Assembly (NCBI GenBank): GCA_031409275.1
Contig: JANNXA010000033.1
Coordinates: 64,001-128,000, forward strand
Direction: 5' to 3'
From: Planctomycetota bacterium
Lineage (GTDB): Bacteria > Planctomycetota > B15-G4 > SIAN01
Length of the DNA stretch: 64,000 nucleotides
The notes beneath the pieces were generated by a model. It saw only the letters and a program-made list of their open reading frames with translations, was not told the DNA's origin and did not search any database. Of the stretch, positions 1-9,046 are shown in pieces; position 1 is the stretch's first letter; each line of letters begins with the position of its first letter. The position numbers were made by a program, and so were the translations under genes.

Positions 1-1
1 C

Positions 2-610
2 AAGCGCGAGTGCGTCGTCATCGACGCCGCGTGGAACATCGACGCGATCGTGCGCGCGGCCGAGGCCGACGGCATGCGGATCGTCGGCGCGCTCGCGACC
101 CACTACCACCAGGACCACGTCGGCGGTGACCTCTTCGGCCACACCATCGAGGGGCTGGCCGCCCTGCTCGAGCGCGTGCAGGTTCCCGTCCACGTCCAGC
201 GTCACGAGGCCGACGGCATCGCCAAGGTGACCGGCGTTTCGCGCAAGGAACTCATCCTCCACGACGGCGGCGACGAGATCGCGGTGGGCGACGTGACGGT
301 GAAGCTGCTCCACACCCCGGGCCACACGCCCGGAAGCCAGTGCTTCCTGTGCGCTGGCCATCTGCTGTCGGGCGACACGCTGTTCATCCGTGGTTGCGGT
401 CGCGTCGATTTGCCCGGCGGCGATCCCGAGCAGATGTGGAAGAGCCTGAACGGCGTGCTGCGCAAGTTGCCGCCCGAAACGGTCCTTCATCCCGGCCATC
501 AGTACGGGCCGATCGACGCGTCGACGCTCGCCGACGAGTTCCGCGAGAATCCCTACATGAACATCCCGAAGCTCACGGACTGGCTGGCGACGATGGGGCG
601 CGGCGCGTGA
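2..610 (+). CDS. MBL-fold metallo-hydrolase (glyoxalase II-like), 5'-truncated by window edge
   Basis: THYHQDH (HxHxDH), HTPGHTPG, SGDTLF and PGH motifs; frame open from base 2 (KRECVVIDAAWN...). Confidence 0.9.
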   Translation, partial: KRECVVIDAAWNIDAIVRAAEADGMRIVGALATHYHQDHVGGDLFGHTIEGLAALLERVQVPVHVQRHEADGIAKVTGVSRKELILHDGGDEIAVGDVTVKLLHTPGHTPGSQCFLCAGHLLSGDTLFIRGCGRVDLPGGDPEQMWKSLNGVLRKLPPETVLHPGHQYGPIDASTLADEFRENPYMNIPKLTDWLATMGRGA

Positions 611-1563
611 CGGCAGCGGCGACGGGTGAGATCGCGCTTGAGCTCGAACGCGTCGCCAAGGTCTGGCGCGGCGGCGCGGCGCTGACCGACGTCGATCTCG
701 TCGTGCCGCGCGGCGCCGTGGTCGGGCTGGTCGGGCCAAGCGGCGCCGGCAAGACCACCGCGATGCGTGTCGGCCTCGGCCTGCTGACGCCCGATCGCGG
801 TCGCGCGCTCGTCTTCGGCGGACCGGCCGCCGAGCTGGCGCGCCATTCCGGTCGCATCGGCCTGCTGCTCGATGGGCCCGCCCTCGAACGTGGCCTCACC
901 GTCGCCGACAACCTCGCGCTGCACGCGCTGCGCCACGGTCGCCCGCCGGTTGACGCGCGACCGCTGCTAGATCGTCTCGGCCTCACGCGCCTTGCGCCGC
1001 GTCGCGCCGGTCGCCTGTCGCAAGGCGAGGCGATTCGCGTGGCGTTGGTCCGCTCGCTGCTGCTCGCCCCCGACCTCGTGGTGCTCGACGAACCGGTCGC
1101 CCATCTCGATCCGGCGCTGGCGGCGACGGCGCTCGACCTCTGTGCCGAGGCGGCGCGCACGCGCGGCGCGGCGCTGCTGGTGTCGAGCCATCAGCTCGCG
1201 GAGCTCGAGCGGGTGGCGACGCACCTCGTGCTGCTGCATCGCGGCCGCGTGCTGCTCCAGGGCGATCTGCCGACGCTGCTGGCCACGATCGCTCCGGCGC
1301 TGCGCATCGCCGCGCGGCCGCGCGACGGCGCGCACGCTGTGCTGCAGCGCCATTCCGGAGTGCGCCGCGTCGACCCGCTGCGACTCGACGGCGTCGATCT
1401 GCTGCGCGCCGAACTGGTGGCCGCCGACGTCGCGGCCAGCGTAAACGCGGCGCTGCATGCCGCCGGCATCGAGGTCGCCGCGCTGGCGCCGGAGCGGCCC
1501 ACGCTCGACGAGCTGTTCCGTCGCGCGCTCGCGGCCGCCGCCGTGAATGAGGCCGCGGCATGA
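607..1563 (+). CDS. ABC transporter ATP-binding protein
   Basis: Walker A GPSGAGKT, signature LSQGE, Walker B VVLDE, H-loop SSH; GTG start overlaps upstream TGA (GTGA). Confidence 0.92.
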   Translation: MTAAATGEIALELERVAKVWRGGAALTDVDLVVPRGAVVGLVGPSGAGKTTAMRVGLGLLTPDRGRALVFGGPAAELARHSGRIGLLLDGPALERGLTVADNLALHALRHGRPPVDARPLLDRLGLTRLAPRRAGRLSQGEAIRVALVRSLLLAPDLVVLDEPVAHLDPALAATALDLCAEAARTRGAALLVSSHQLAELERVATHLVLLHRGRVLLQGDLPTLLATIAPALRIAARPRDGAHAVLQRHSGVRRVDPLRLDGVDLLRAELVAADVAASVNAALHAAGIEVAALAPERPTLDELFRRALAAAAVNEAAA

Positions 1564-2408
1564 GTTGCCTCGCGATCCTGCGCGCCGAGCTCTTCCGTCT
1601 CTCGCGCACGCGCGGCGGGCGCATCGGTCTGCTGGTGCCGGCCGCGCTTGGCGCGGGCCAGGTGCTGCTGGTCGATCTGCTCGACTCGATGAAGGCCGCG
1701 CGGGCCGCCGCCGAGAGCGGCGCGGTCGACGTGCCGCTTTCGCCGGCGTTCGGCCTCTTCGCCGATGGGCTCGGCGGACTCGGGGCGATGGCGTTGGTGA
1801 TGATCGCATTGCTGACCGGCGCCTTCTCGGTCGTGCGCGAGCGCGACCAGGGCAGCTTCGCGCTGCTGGTGCTGGCCCGATCGCGCGGCTCGGTCGTCGT
1901 CGGCAAGGCGCTGGGGACCTGCCTCTACGTGATCGTCGCCTTCATGGCGCTGCTGCTCGCGTCGATGGGCGCGGCCGCGTTGCGCCATGACTTCACCGCC
2001 ATCGTCGAAGATGGCTACGAGATGGCCAGCGCCAGCGAACAGTGGCTCGAAGTTGCGCGCGCGGTCGGTGCTGGTCTCCCGGCGATCCTCTGCTGCGCCT
2101 GCTTCGGCGTGCTGGTGTCGGCCGTCACCGCCGGGGTCGGTGCGGCTGCGGTCGGCGCGGTCGTCCCCTTCACGCTGCTGGCCCTGTTCCAGAGCACGCT
2201 CGGCGGCGCGGCCGAGCGCCTCTTCATCACCTATGCGCCCTTCTTCAGCGAACGCGCGCCGCTCACCCGTTTGTCGAAGGTCGCGCGCGCCTTCTCCGAC
2301 ACCCATTGGGAGAGCGGCGAGCTCTTGCGCGCGACACTGGTGCCGAGCGTCGAAGCGGTCGTTTGCCTGGCGCTCGCCTGGCTGGTGACGCGGCGGCGCA
2401 GCGCGTGA
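1560..2408 (+). CDS. ABC-2 type transporter permease
   Basis: N-terminal 'LRAELFRL', 'RERDQGS..LLVLARSRGSVVVGK' motif, ~6 hydrophobic segments; ATGA overlap with ATPase gene. Confidence 0.85.
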   Translation: MSCLAILRAELFRLSRTRGGRIGLLVPAALGAGQVLLVDLLDSMKAARAAAESGAVDVPLSPAFGLFADGLGGLGAMALVMIALLTGAFSVVRERDQGSFALLVLARSRGSVVVGKALGTCLYVIVAFMALLLASMGAAALRHDFTAIVEDGYEMASASEQWLEVARAVGAGLPAILCCACFGVLVSAVTAGVGAAAVGAVVPFTLLALFQSTLGGAAERLFITYAPFFSERAPLTRLSKVARAFSDTHWESGELLRATLVPSVEAVVCLALAWLVTRRRSA

Positions 2409-3007
2409 GCGCGCGCAAGCGAAAGAGCGGCGCTGCGCCCGCGATCGCGGAGTCGATCGTGCCGCTCACGCCCGATCGCTGGGCCGATTTCGCCAAGCTG
2501 TTCGGCGCGCGTGGGGCGTGCGGCGGCTGCTGGTGCATGAACTGGCGACTTCAAGCGCGCGAGTTCGAGGCGGGCAAAGGCGATTCGAACCGCCGCGCGA
2601 TGCAGCGAAGAGTGAAGCGCGGTCGGCCGCCGGGGTTGCTGGCCTATCACGGCGACGAACCGGTGGGGTGGGTCTCGGTGGCACCGCGCGGCGAGTTCGT
2701 GAGGCTCGAGAAATCGCGCGTGCTGGCGCCTCTGGATCACCTCGCGGTCTGGTCGGTGAGCTGTCTCTACCTGGCCAAAGACGTGCGCCGGCAGGGGTTG
2801 TCGAGCCGCCTGCTGCGGGCGGCCGCCGACTTCGCCTTTGCGCACGGTGCGCCTGCCGTCGAGGGTTATCCCGTCGTGCCCAGCGAGGACACGATTCCGG
2901 ACGTCTTCGCATGGACCGGGATCGCCGCCTCGTTCGACCAAGCGGGCTGGAAGCGGGCGGGCGGTCGCTCGCGTGCGCGACCGATCTACCGCGTCACGCG
3001 AGGCTGA
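2405..3007 (+). CDS. GNAT-family N-acetyltransferase
   Basis: LFGARGACGGCWCM, GLLAYHGDEPVGW, acetyl-CoA motif RRQGLS..LL, VEGYP; GTGA overlap. Confidence 0.85.
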   Translation: MSARKRKSGAAPAIAESIVPLTPDRWADFAKLFGARGACGGCWCMNWRLQAREFEAGKGDSNRRAMQRRVKRGRPPGLLAYHGDEPVGWVSVAPRGEFVRLEKSRVLAPLDHLAVWSVSCLYLAKDVRRQGLSSRLLRAAADFAFAHGAPAVEGYPVVPSEDTIPDVFAWTGIAASFDQAGWKRAGGRSRARPIYRVTRG

Positions 3008-3028
3008 GCGGGAGGCCCGCCCGGCGCT

Positions 3029-6000
3029 TCAGCGCGCGGCCGCTTCCGCCGCGAACTTCGCCGCAAGGTCGGGGCGGCTGAGGCCGCGATAGAGGTTGGC
3101 CAGCGCGCCGGCGAGCCGCCTGGTCTCGACGTCGTGTGGGCCGCGAGCGGCGGCGACGATCTGATGCGCCTCGAGCAGCAACGGCTCCGCGGTCGCCAGA
3201 TCGCCACGCTGCTGCGCGAGCGCCGCAAGGTTGCCGACCCAGGTTCCGAGCGCGGGATCGTCGGGGCGAACGACGTGGCGTCCGATGGCGACCGCCTCCT
3301 CGAAACACTGCCGCGCCGGTTCCGACTCGTTGCGGAAGAAGTGCCAGGCGCCGACGTTGTTCAGGCTCCACGCGAGCAACGCGTGCTCTCCGCCGAAACG
3401 GGCGCGGCGAGTCGCCAGCGCTTCCTGGAGCAGCGGTCCCGCCTCGGCGAAGCGGTGCCGCTCGATGAGGAACCAGCCGAAGTTGTCGAGCGTCATCGCG
3501 AGGTCGAGACTCTGATCGCCTGCGCGTTCGCGTTGAAGGGCCAGCGCGGCGCGATAGAGAGGCTCGGCCTCGTCGGGGAGACCGCGTGCACGCAGCACTT
3601 CGGCGAGCATGCGTTGCGCGCGCGCGAGCTCATCGTCGCCGGCCTGCGCCGACACGCACTCCTGCAAGGACTCCTCCGCGGCGGCCTCGTCGCCTTTGCG
3701 ATGGAGGATCCATGCGAGGGTCGCTCGTCCGTGGCGCGAGTGCACGTCCTCTTCATCGAGGCGCTCCTCGTGGATCGCGATCGCCTCGCGCGCGAGCGGT
3801 TCGGCCGCATCGAATGCGCCCCGTTCGAGCTCGATCCAGGCGAGTCGCAGCAGGCTGCTGGCGAGATCGAGGGGATCGAGCGCGGAGAGCTTGCGTTGGA
3901 TCGCGAGCGCCTCGTTGGCGACGCTCGCTGCCTCTTCGAGGCGACCGCGTGCGAGCAGCGCCGAACCGAGGTTCGAGAGGACGATGGCCGTGCTGGCGTG
4001 GTTGCGCCCGACCAGACCGTCGTAGATCACGAGCGCGGCGCGCAGACGCTCCTCGGCGTCCACGGGGTCGCCCGCGGCAAGCGCGAGTACCCCGAGACCG
4101 CTCTGCACACGGGCGACGGCGAAGCTCGCCGTGCCTTCGATTGCGGGCAGCAACGCCTTGGCCTGCGCGCGAAGCGCTGCCGCAGCCGCGGGGCCTTCCT
4201 GCGCACTGACCACGTTCGCCAACTCGGTGAGCGCGACGAGCGCATCGGGGCTCGTGTCGCCGAGGAGGCGACCGTACACGCTGTGCGCCTCCTCGAATCC
4301 GTCCCGCGCCGCGTCGAGACGCCCCCGTTTCCGTGCGAGGGTCGCGAGCTCGGAGGCGGTCTCCGCGACTTTCAGCAGCTTCGGCGCGCCCTGCGCGACG
4401 CTGATCGAGTGCGCCTCGCCCAGATGGCGCTCCGCCTCGTCGACGCGTCCCTGCGCCGCTTCGAGCTGGCCGAGCGCGGTGAGGCTGCGAACGATCTCGT
4501 CGGTCGTCCCGACGCGGCGCCACAGTTCGATCGCGCGACGGAACATCGGCTCCGCCGCAGCGCTGTCGCCGCGGGCGGCACGCACCTGCGCCAGGTTCTT
4601 GAGCGCGATGGCGAGGAGCGACGGGTCGGCGTCCGGCTGTCGCTCGAGCCACTCGACCACCTTCGTGTCGAGCTCCTCCGCGCGCGTGAGGTCGCCTCGC
4701 AAGAAGCAGGTGTTGGCGAGGTCGGTCATGCTCGACGCGACGGCGATGTTGATCGAAGGATGCAGCTCGCCGTTCAGGGCGAGCGCGCGCTCGAAGTGAC
4801 GCGCCGCATCGTCGAGCTGCCCGACGCTCGCGCAGGCGCGGCCGATCACCGTCCGCAGCGCGGCCTCGACCTCCGGCTCGCCGATCTCCTCGTGGTCGAG
4901 TTCCGCCGCCGCGGCGTCGAGCACTTCGCGGACGGAGACGATGCGCCCGCGCGCCCGCTCCGGATCGAGCGACGAGAACATCCTCTGCACGAAGAGGTCG
5001 ATGCGGGTGCGCTTGTCGGCGTCGCGGACGGCGCGTCGCCACGCGGTGGTCGAAACGACGGCCGCGGCCACGACGACCAACAGCACGGTGGCGGCCGCGG
5101 CGAAGCGGAGCTTGTGGCGTCGGACCATCGTGCGCAGCAGGTAGCCGAAGCGGCCGCGCTTCGCCTCGACCGCCTCACCGCGCAACCAGCGCTCGAGGTC
5201 GCGGCCGAGGTCGCGCGCCGACTCGTAGCGACGCTCGGCGTCCTTGGCGAGGGCGCGTCGCAAGATGGCAGCCAGCTCATCGTCGAGATCGCGCGGGATC
5301 TCCGGCTCGCGTTCGAGGATCGACTGCACCACGTCGGCAAGCGCGCCATCGACGCGGTAGGGAAGGCCACCGACGACGAGCTCGAAGAGAAGCACTCCGA
5401 GCGAGTAGACGTCGCTGCGCACATCGACGAGTCCGGGGTCGCCGCGCAGCTGCTCTGGCGCCGCATAGGCGAGCGTGCCAAGGAACCAGCCGGCGCGCGT
5501 CACCGCTTCGGGCGTGGTGGCGGGATCATCGGCGATCGCCTTGGCGAGCCCGAAGTCGAGGACTCGCGGCTCGCCGTTCGCATCGACCAGCACGTTGCCC
5601 GGCTTCAGGTCGCGATGGATCACCCCACGTTGGTGGGCGTAGTGAACCGCGGCGATGATCTTCAGGAAGAACTCGGTCGCGGCGCGTGCGCTCCACGACT
5701 CCTCGCGGCGCGCCTGCGCGAAGCGGTCGAGCGCGACGCCCTCGACGAGCTCCATGGTGAAGTAGCGTCGGCGGTCGCGCGTCTCGCCGCGGTCGTAGAC
5801 GGTCACGATGTTGGGATGGCGCAGGCCGACGACGGTGGCGATCTCGCGCTCGAAGCGTGCGAGCTGGAGCGCGGTCGCGAGCGTGCCGTCGAGGAGCACC
5901 TTGAGCGCGACCTTGCGTCCGGTGGAGAGCTGGATCGCCGCGAATACGACCCCTTGGCCGCCGCGATGGAGCTCGGCGAGCACGCGGTAGCCATCGACCT

Positions 6001-6220
6001 CGGGTCTCGCGATCGGCGCCGGTTCCGGCGCGGCAGGCGCCACGTGCTTCGAGGCGCGCGCTGCGGCGCCGATGTCGGCAAGCAGGCGGTTGTCGGCGCG
6101 GATCGCAGCGGATCGGGTGCGGCAGTCGTCGCACGTCTCGACATGACGATGCAGTTCGACCGCCGGCGTCGCGGCCGCGACGTACTCCTCGAGCGCTTCG
6201 ATCCCGGGGCATTTCGCCAT
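3029..6220 (-). CDS. Membrane Ser/Thr protein kinase with N-terminal zinc-finger (ZAS-like) motif and C-terminal TPR repeats
   Basis: RGGQGVV, VALK, HRDLKPGN, DFGLAK, APEQ, DVYSLG; HVETCDDC near N-terminus; TM segment FAAAATVLLVVVAAAVV; many TPR-like repeats. Confidence 0.93.
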   Translation of the reverse strand: MAKCPGIEALEEYVAAATPAVELHRHVETCDDCRTRSAAIRADNRLLADIGAAARASKHVAPAAPEPAPIARPEVDGYRVLAELHRGGQGVVFAAIQLSTGRKVALKVLLDGTLATALQLARFEREIATVVGLRHPNIVTVYDRGETRDRRRYFTMELVEGVALDRFAQARREESWSARAATEFFLKIIAAVHYAHQRGVIHRDLKPGNVLVDANGEPRVLDFGLAKAIADDPATTPEAVTRAGWFLGTLAYAAPEQLRGDPGLVDVRSDVYSLGVLLFELVVGGLPYRVDGALADVVQSILEREPEIPRDLDDELAAILRRALAKDAERRYESARDLGRDLERWLRGEAVEAKRGRFGYLLRTMVRRHKLRFAAAATVLLVVVAAAVVSTTAWRRAVRDADKRTRIDLFVQRMFSSLDPERARGRIVSVREVLDAAAAELDHEEIGEPEVEAALRTVIGRACASVGQLDDAARHFERALALNGELHPSINIAVASSMTDLANTCFLRGDLTRAEELDTKVVEWLERQPDADPSLLAIALKNLAQVRAARGDSAAAEPMFRRAIELWRRVGTTDEIVRSLTALGQLEAAQGRVDEAERHLGEAHSISVAQGAPKLLKVAETASELATLARKRGRLDAARDGFEEAHSVYGRLLGDTSPDALVALTELANVVSAQEGPAAAAALRAQAKALLPAIEGTASFAVARVQSGLGVLALAAGDPVDAEERLRAALVIYDGLVGRNHASTAIVLSNLGSALLARGRLEEAASVANEALAIQRKLSALDPLDLASSLLRLAWIELERGAFDAAEPLAREAIAIHEERLDEEDVHSRHGRATLAWILHRKGDEAAAEESLQECVSAQAGDDELARAQRMLAEVLRARGLPDEAEPLYRAALALQRERAGDQSLDLAMTLDNFGWFLIERHRFAEAGPLLQEALATRRARFGGEHALLAWSLNNVGAWHFFRNESEPARQCFEEAVAIGRHVVRPDDPALGTWVGNLAALAQQRGDLATAEPLLLEAHQIVAAARGPHDVETRRLAGALANLYRGLSRPDLAAKFAAEAAAR

Positions 6221-6232
6221 GGCGGCGCCTCG

Positions 6233-6817
6233 CTACCAGTCGGTTTCGAGGCGGGCGAGGATCTCGCGCAGGCTGGCTAGCGCGCGGTGCTTGGCGGTGT
6301 AGACCGCGCCTTTCGTCATGCCCAGTTCGGCCGCGACCTCCGCGACCGGGCGCTCTTCGAGGGCGAGCAGCTCGAGGACGCGAATGGTCGGCTCGTCGGT
6401 CTTCGTGCTCGAGCGAAGTTCGGCGAAGGCTTGCCGCAGCAGCGCGCGTTGCCACTCTTCGGCGAAGAAGCGCTCGAGGTCCGCATCCCCGGCCATTTCT
6501 CCCAGCGCCGACTCGCCGCGCATGGCATCGAACCGTGCCCGGTCGCGACGCACTTCGGAAGCGCAGTTGCGCGCGATGCCGAAGATCCACGACCGCAGCC
6601 GACCGCGCTCGCGGTCGTAGCGGCCGGCGCGGTACTCCTCGGCGAAGCGGACCAGCGCCGCCTGCGCGAGTTCGTCGGCATCGGCGGGTTGGAACCCCAG
6701 CCGCGCGGCGAAGGCGATGATGACCGGACGGTAGCGGGCGTCGAACTCGTTCCAGATCGCGTGGTTGCCCGGGTCGGCAAGCCCTGCGAGTAGGACTGAA
6801 TTCGTCTTCGCGAGCAT
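6233..6817 (-). CDS. ECF RNA polymerase sigma factor (kinase-associated type)
   Basis: MLAKTNSVLL..., region 2 'DADELAQ', 'YDRERGRLRSWIFGIARN', region 4 'VAEVAAELGMTKGAVYTAKHR'; 12 bp upstream of the kinase gene. Confidence 0.9.
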   Translation of the reverse strand: MLAKTNSVLLAGLADPGNHAIWNEFDARYRPVIIAFAARLGFQPADADELAQAALVRFAEEYRAGRYDRERGRLRSWIFGIARNCASEVRRDRARFDAMRGESALGEMAGDADLERFFAEEWQRALLRQAFAELRSSTKTDEPTIRVLELLALEERPVAEVAAELGMTKGAVYTAKHRALASLREILARLETDW

Positions 6818-6840
6818 GCTGCGCCCCTGGCCACGGTGGA

Positions 6841-6846
6841 ATTCTA
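6841..6846 (-). promoter_or_regulatory. Putative -10 box (TAGAAT) of the ECF sigma gene
   Basis: TAGAAT on the minus strand 23 nt before the ATG; changed to TGGAGA in the duplicated copy. Confidence 0.45.
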
Positions 6847-6929
6847 GCCCGCTTTTCGACCCACCTGTAAGAAGCGGGTCGCGCGGCGACAAATCGGACA
6901 GGAAGACCTCTCCTGTTCCGGAGTCCGCC

Positions 6930-8738
6930 ATGCGCCGCCACTCTGCTCCATCGATACTCGCCCTGAACCTCGGCTCGAACGAAGACGCCGACCGGCCGCC
7001 GACGACAAAGCGCCGCACCCTTCGGGCGCTCGCGTGCCTCGCGATCGCGGTTGCGTCGCTTCCCGGTTGCAGCCGAAGCGGCGCGGCCTCGGGCTCGGGC
7101 TCGGGGCTGCGAGTCGAAGGGCAGTTCATCGACTCGCCGGTCAAAGGACTGCACTACTCGACGAGTTCAGGCGACGGCGAGACGGGCGCGGGCGGTTCGT
7201 TCTCCTATCGGCCGGGCGAGAAGATCACCTTCTCGGTCGGTGCGACGGTGATCGGCGAGACCGTCCCGGCGAAGGCGACGATGACACTGCTCGATCTCGT
7301 GCCGGGAGCGACCCTCCCGACCACGAAGCCGCAGATGAACCGGCTGCTCGCGAAGTACCACGACAGCGTCGTGATCGATCCGGTCATCGCTCCGCAGATG
7401 CGCTTGCTGAACGTGCTCTCCTTCCTCCACTCGATCGATGAGGACAAGGATCCCGCCAAGGGCATCGTGATCAGTCCCGGGCTCGCGAAACTGTTCGCGG
7501 CGGAGGCGATCGACCTCGATCGGCCATCGGGCAAGTTCGAGGACGACCGCAGCTTCCGACGCCTGCTCTACTCGGCGTCCAACGAGGGCTTCATCGTCTC
7601 GGCGCGAAGAGTCCCGCCATTGCTCGCGCTGGAGCGTTTCGCGGCGACGCTTGGGATCGAGTCCAAGCTGTATGTGACGACGACCCTTTCAGTTGACTAC
7701 ACAGGGGATGGCGTGATCGAGTTGACGCGATCGGCACCCATCGATTCGCGTGGCTTCGTCATCAGCGTTTCGTATGACTCCGACCAAGATGGCACGCCAG
7801 ATAGCACAGTCTCGAACTTCTACGATGATTTCGGCAGTACGCTCGGCTACTCGAGCGACTCCAACCAAGATGGCAAGGTGGACTCGACCTCGTCCCTGCA
7901 GTACGACATTCACGGGAACCTCCTGAGAGAGGAACGGGACAACGATGCGGATGGCAAGGCCGACAACATTTACGCCTATGCGTACGACGCGAATGGCAAC
8001 GAGACGCGACGCGAGGAGGACTACGACGGGGATGGGAAGCTCGAAAAGTCCTGCAACTACGATTACGACTCCGACGGCAATCTGACAGATTGGGATTGCG
8101 ACTACGACAATGATGGCAAGCCCGACGCGACGTTCCACGCGGAGTACGACGAGCAGGGCAATCAGACGTTGGCGATCCAAGACGAGAACAACGACGGGAT
8201 CACGGACGACTATGAGGCAACGTCCTACAACAGCCGAGGGCAGATCACTCGCCATGAGGTCGATGCGGACAGCGACGGTTTCCCGGACGAGATCGAAGAG
8301 TTCGAATACGATGCCGACGGCCTGCTGGTCGGCGAGCAACATGACTTCGATGGCGAGGGGCAGCTCCAGGACGTCTACACGTTCACCTACGACGCGCACG
8401 GCAAGTTGACGCTCAGGACGTTCGACGAAGATGGCGACGGGGTGATCGGTCAGATCGATTCCTTTGAATACGACGCCGATGGGAACGTCGTCCACACCCA
8501 GACCGATGTTCCGGGTTCCGGTGTGCGCTATGTAGTCGAGCTTCGGTACGACTCGCTCGGCGGCCTCGCAAGCGTCACCTCGGATTCCGACGGCAACGGC
8601 GTAGTGGAAAGGAACGACACCTGGACCTACGACGTCGACGGCCGACTCCTCCGATACGACGCCTTCGTCGGCGGCGTCCCCCAGTACGCCGAGATCACGA
8701 CACAGAGCAGCGTCGGGTACTTCGGCTACAGGCCCTGA
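6930..8738 (+). CDS. Putative lipoprotein: N-terminal beta-sandwich-like domain plus ~23-aa YD/DxDxDG calcium-binding repeats (paralog 1)
   Basis: GGAG RBS; lipobox-like ASLPGC; 'GQFIDSPVKGLHY..GE.ITFSVG' domain; repeats like YAYDANGNETRREEDYDGDGKLE. Confidence 0.85.
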   Translation: MRRHSAPSILALNLGSNEDADRPPTTKRRTLRALACLAIAVASLPGCSRSGAASGSGSGLRVEGQFIDSPVKGLHYSTSSGDGETGAGGSFSYRPGEKITFSVGATVIGETVPAKATMTLLDLVPGATLPTTKPQMNRLLAKYHDSVVIDPVIAPQMRLLNVLSFLHSIDEDKDPAKGIVISPGLAKLFAAEAIDLDRPSGKFEDDRSFRRLLYSASNEGFIVSARRVPPLLALERFAATLGIESKLYVTTTLSVDYTGDGVIELTRSAPIDSRGFVISVSYDSDQDGTPDSTVSNFYDDFGSTLGYSSDSNQDGKVDSTSSLQYDIHGNLLREERDNDADGKADNIYAYAYDANGNETRREEDYDGDGKLEKSCNYDYDSDGNLTDWDCDYDNDGKPDATFHAEYDEQGNQTLAIQDENNDGITDDYEATSYNSRGQITRHEVDADSDGFPDEIEEFEYDADGLLVGEQHDFDGEGQLQDVYTFTYDAHGKLTLRTFDEDGDGVIGQIDSFEYDADGNVVHTQTDVPGSGVRYVVELRYDSLGGLASVTSDSDGNGVVERNDTWTYDVDGRLLRYDAFVGGVPQYAEITTQSSVGYFGYRP

Positions 8739-8756
8739 GCGACGCTCTGCCGGCCA

Positions 8757-8820
8757 ACGTCCCACCTCTCGCGCTCCCCAGCTCGCGGCGCGTGGCGCAC
8801 TCGATGCGCGAGGTCGATGA
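8757..8820 (+). pseudogene. Degenerate copy of the hisS promoter/leader up to its start codon
   Basis: TCTCGCGC..CCAG..GCGGCGC..CTCGATGCGCGAGG..CGATGA matches 10941-11008; TACAAT box decayed. Confidence 0.7.
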
Positions 8821-8934
8821 AGCGCCAGTGGCGCCTGCGCGAGTTCGTCAGCGGGCGTCGAACTCGCTCCAGATCGCGTGGTTGCCCGGGTCGGCAAGCC
8901 CTGCGAGCAGGACTGAATTCGTCTTCGCGAGCAT
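8819..8934 (-). pseudogene. Remnant of the ECF sigma factor 5' end
   Basis: Begins ATGCTCGCGAAGACGAATTCAGTC as at 6817; carries a 56-bp deletion (6677-6732 equivalent) and ends at the duplication junction. Confidence 0.85.
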
Positions 8935-9046
8935 GCTGCGCCCCTAGCCGCGGCGGATCTCCAGCCCGCTTCTCGGCTCACCTGTAAGAAGCGGGTCGCG
9001 CGGCGACAAACCGAACCGGAAGACCTCTCCTGTTTCGGAGTCCGCC

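Larger units (their letters stand above)
6644..8820 (+). repeat. Tandem duplication, copy 1 (sigma 5' part, intergenic region, lipoprotein gene, hisS-leader remnant)
   Basis: Colinear similarity to 8819-11008, including the identical 32-mer CACCTGTAAGAAGCGGGTCGCGCGGCGACAAA and identical post-stop TGAGCGACGCTCTGCCGGCC. Confidence 0.9.

Noticed and set aside
3134..6280. 1048-aa plus-strand ORF
   Set aside because: Antisense shadow of the kinase gene; stop-poor reverse frames are expected at this GC and it has no motifs
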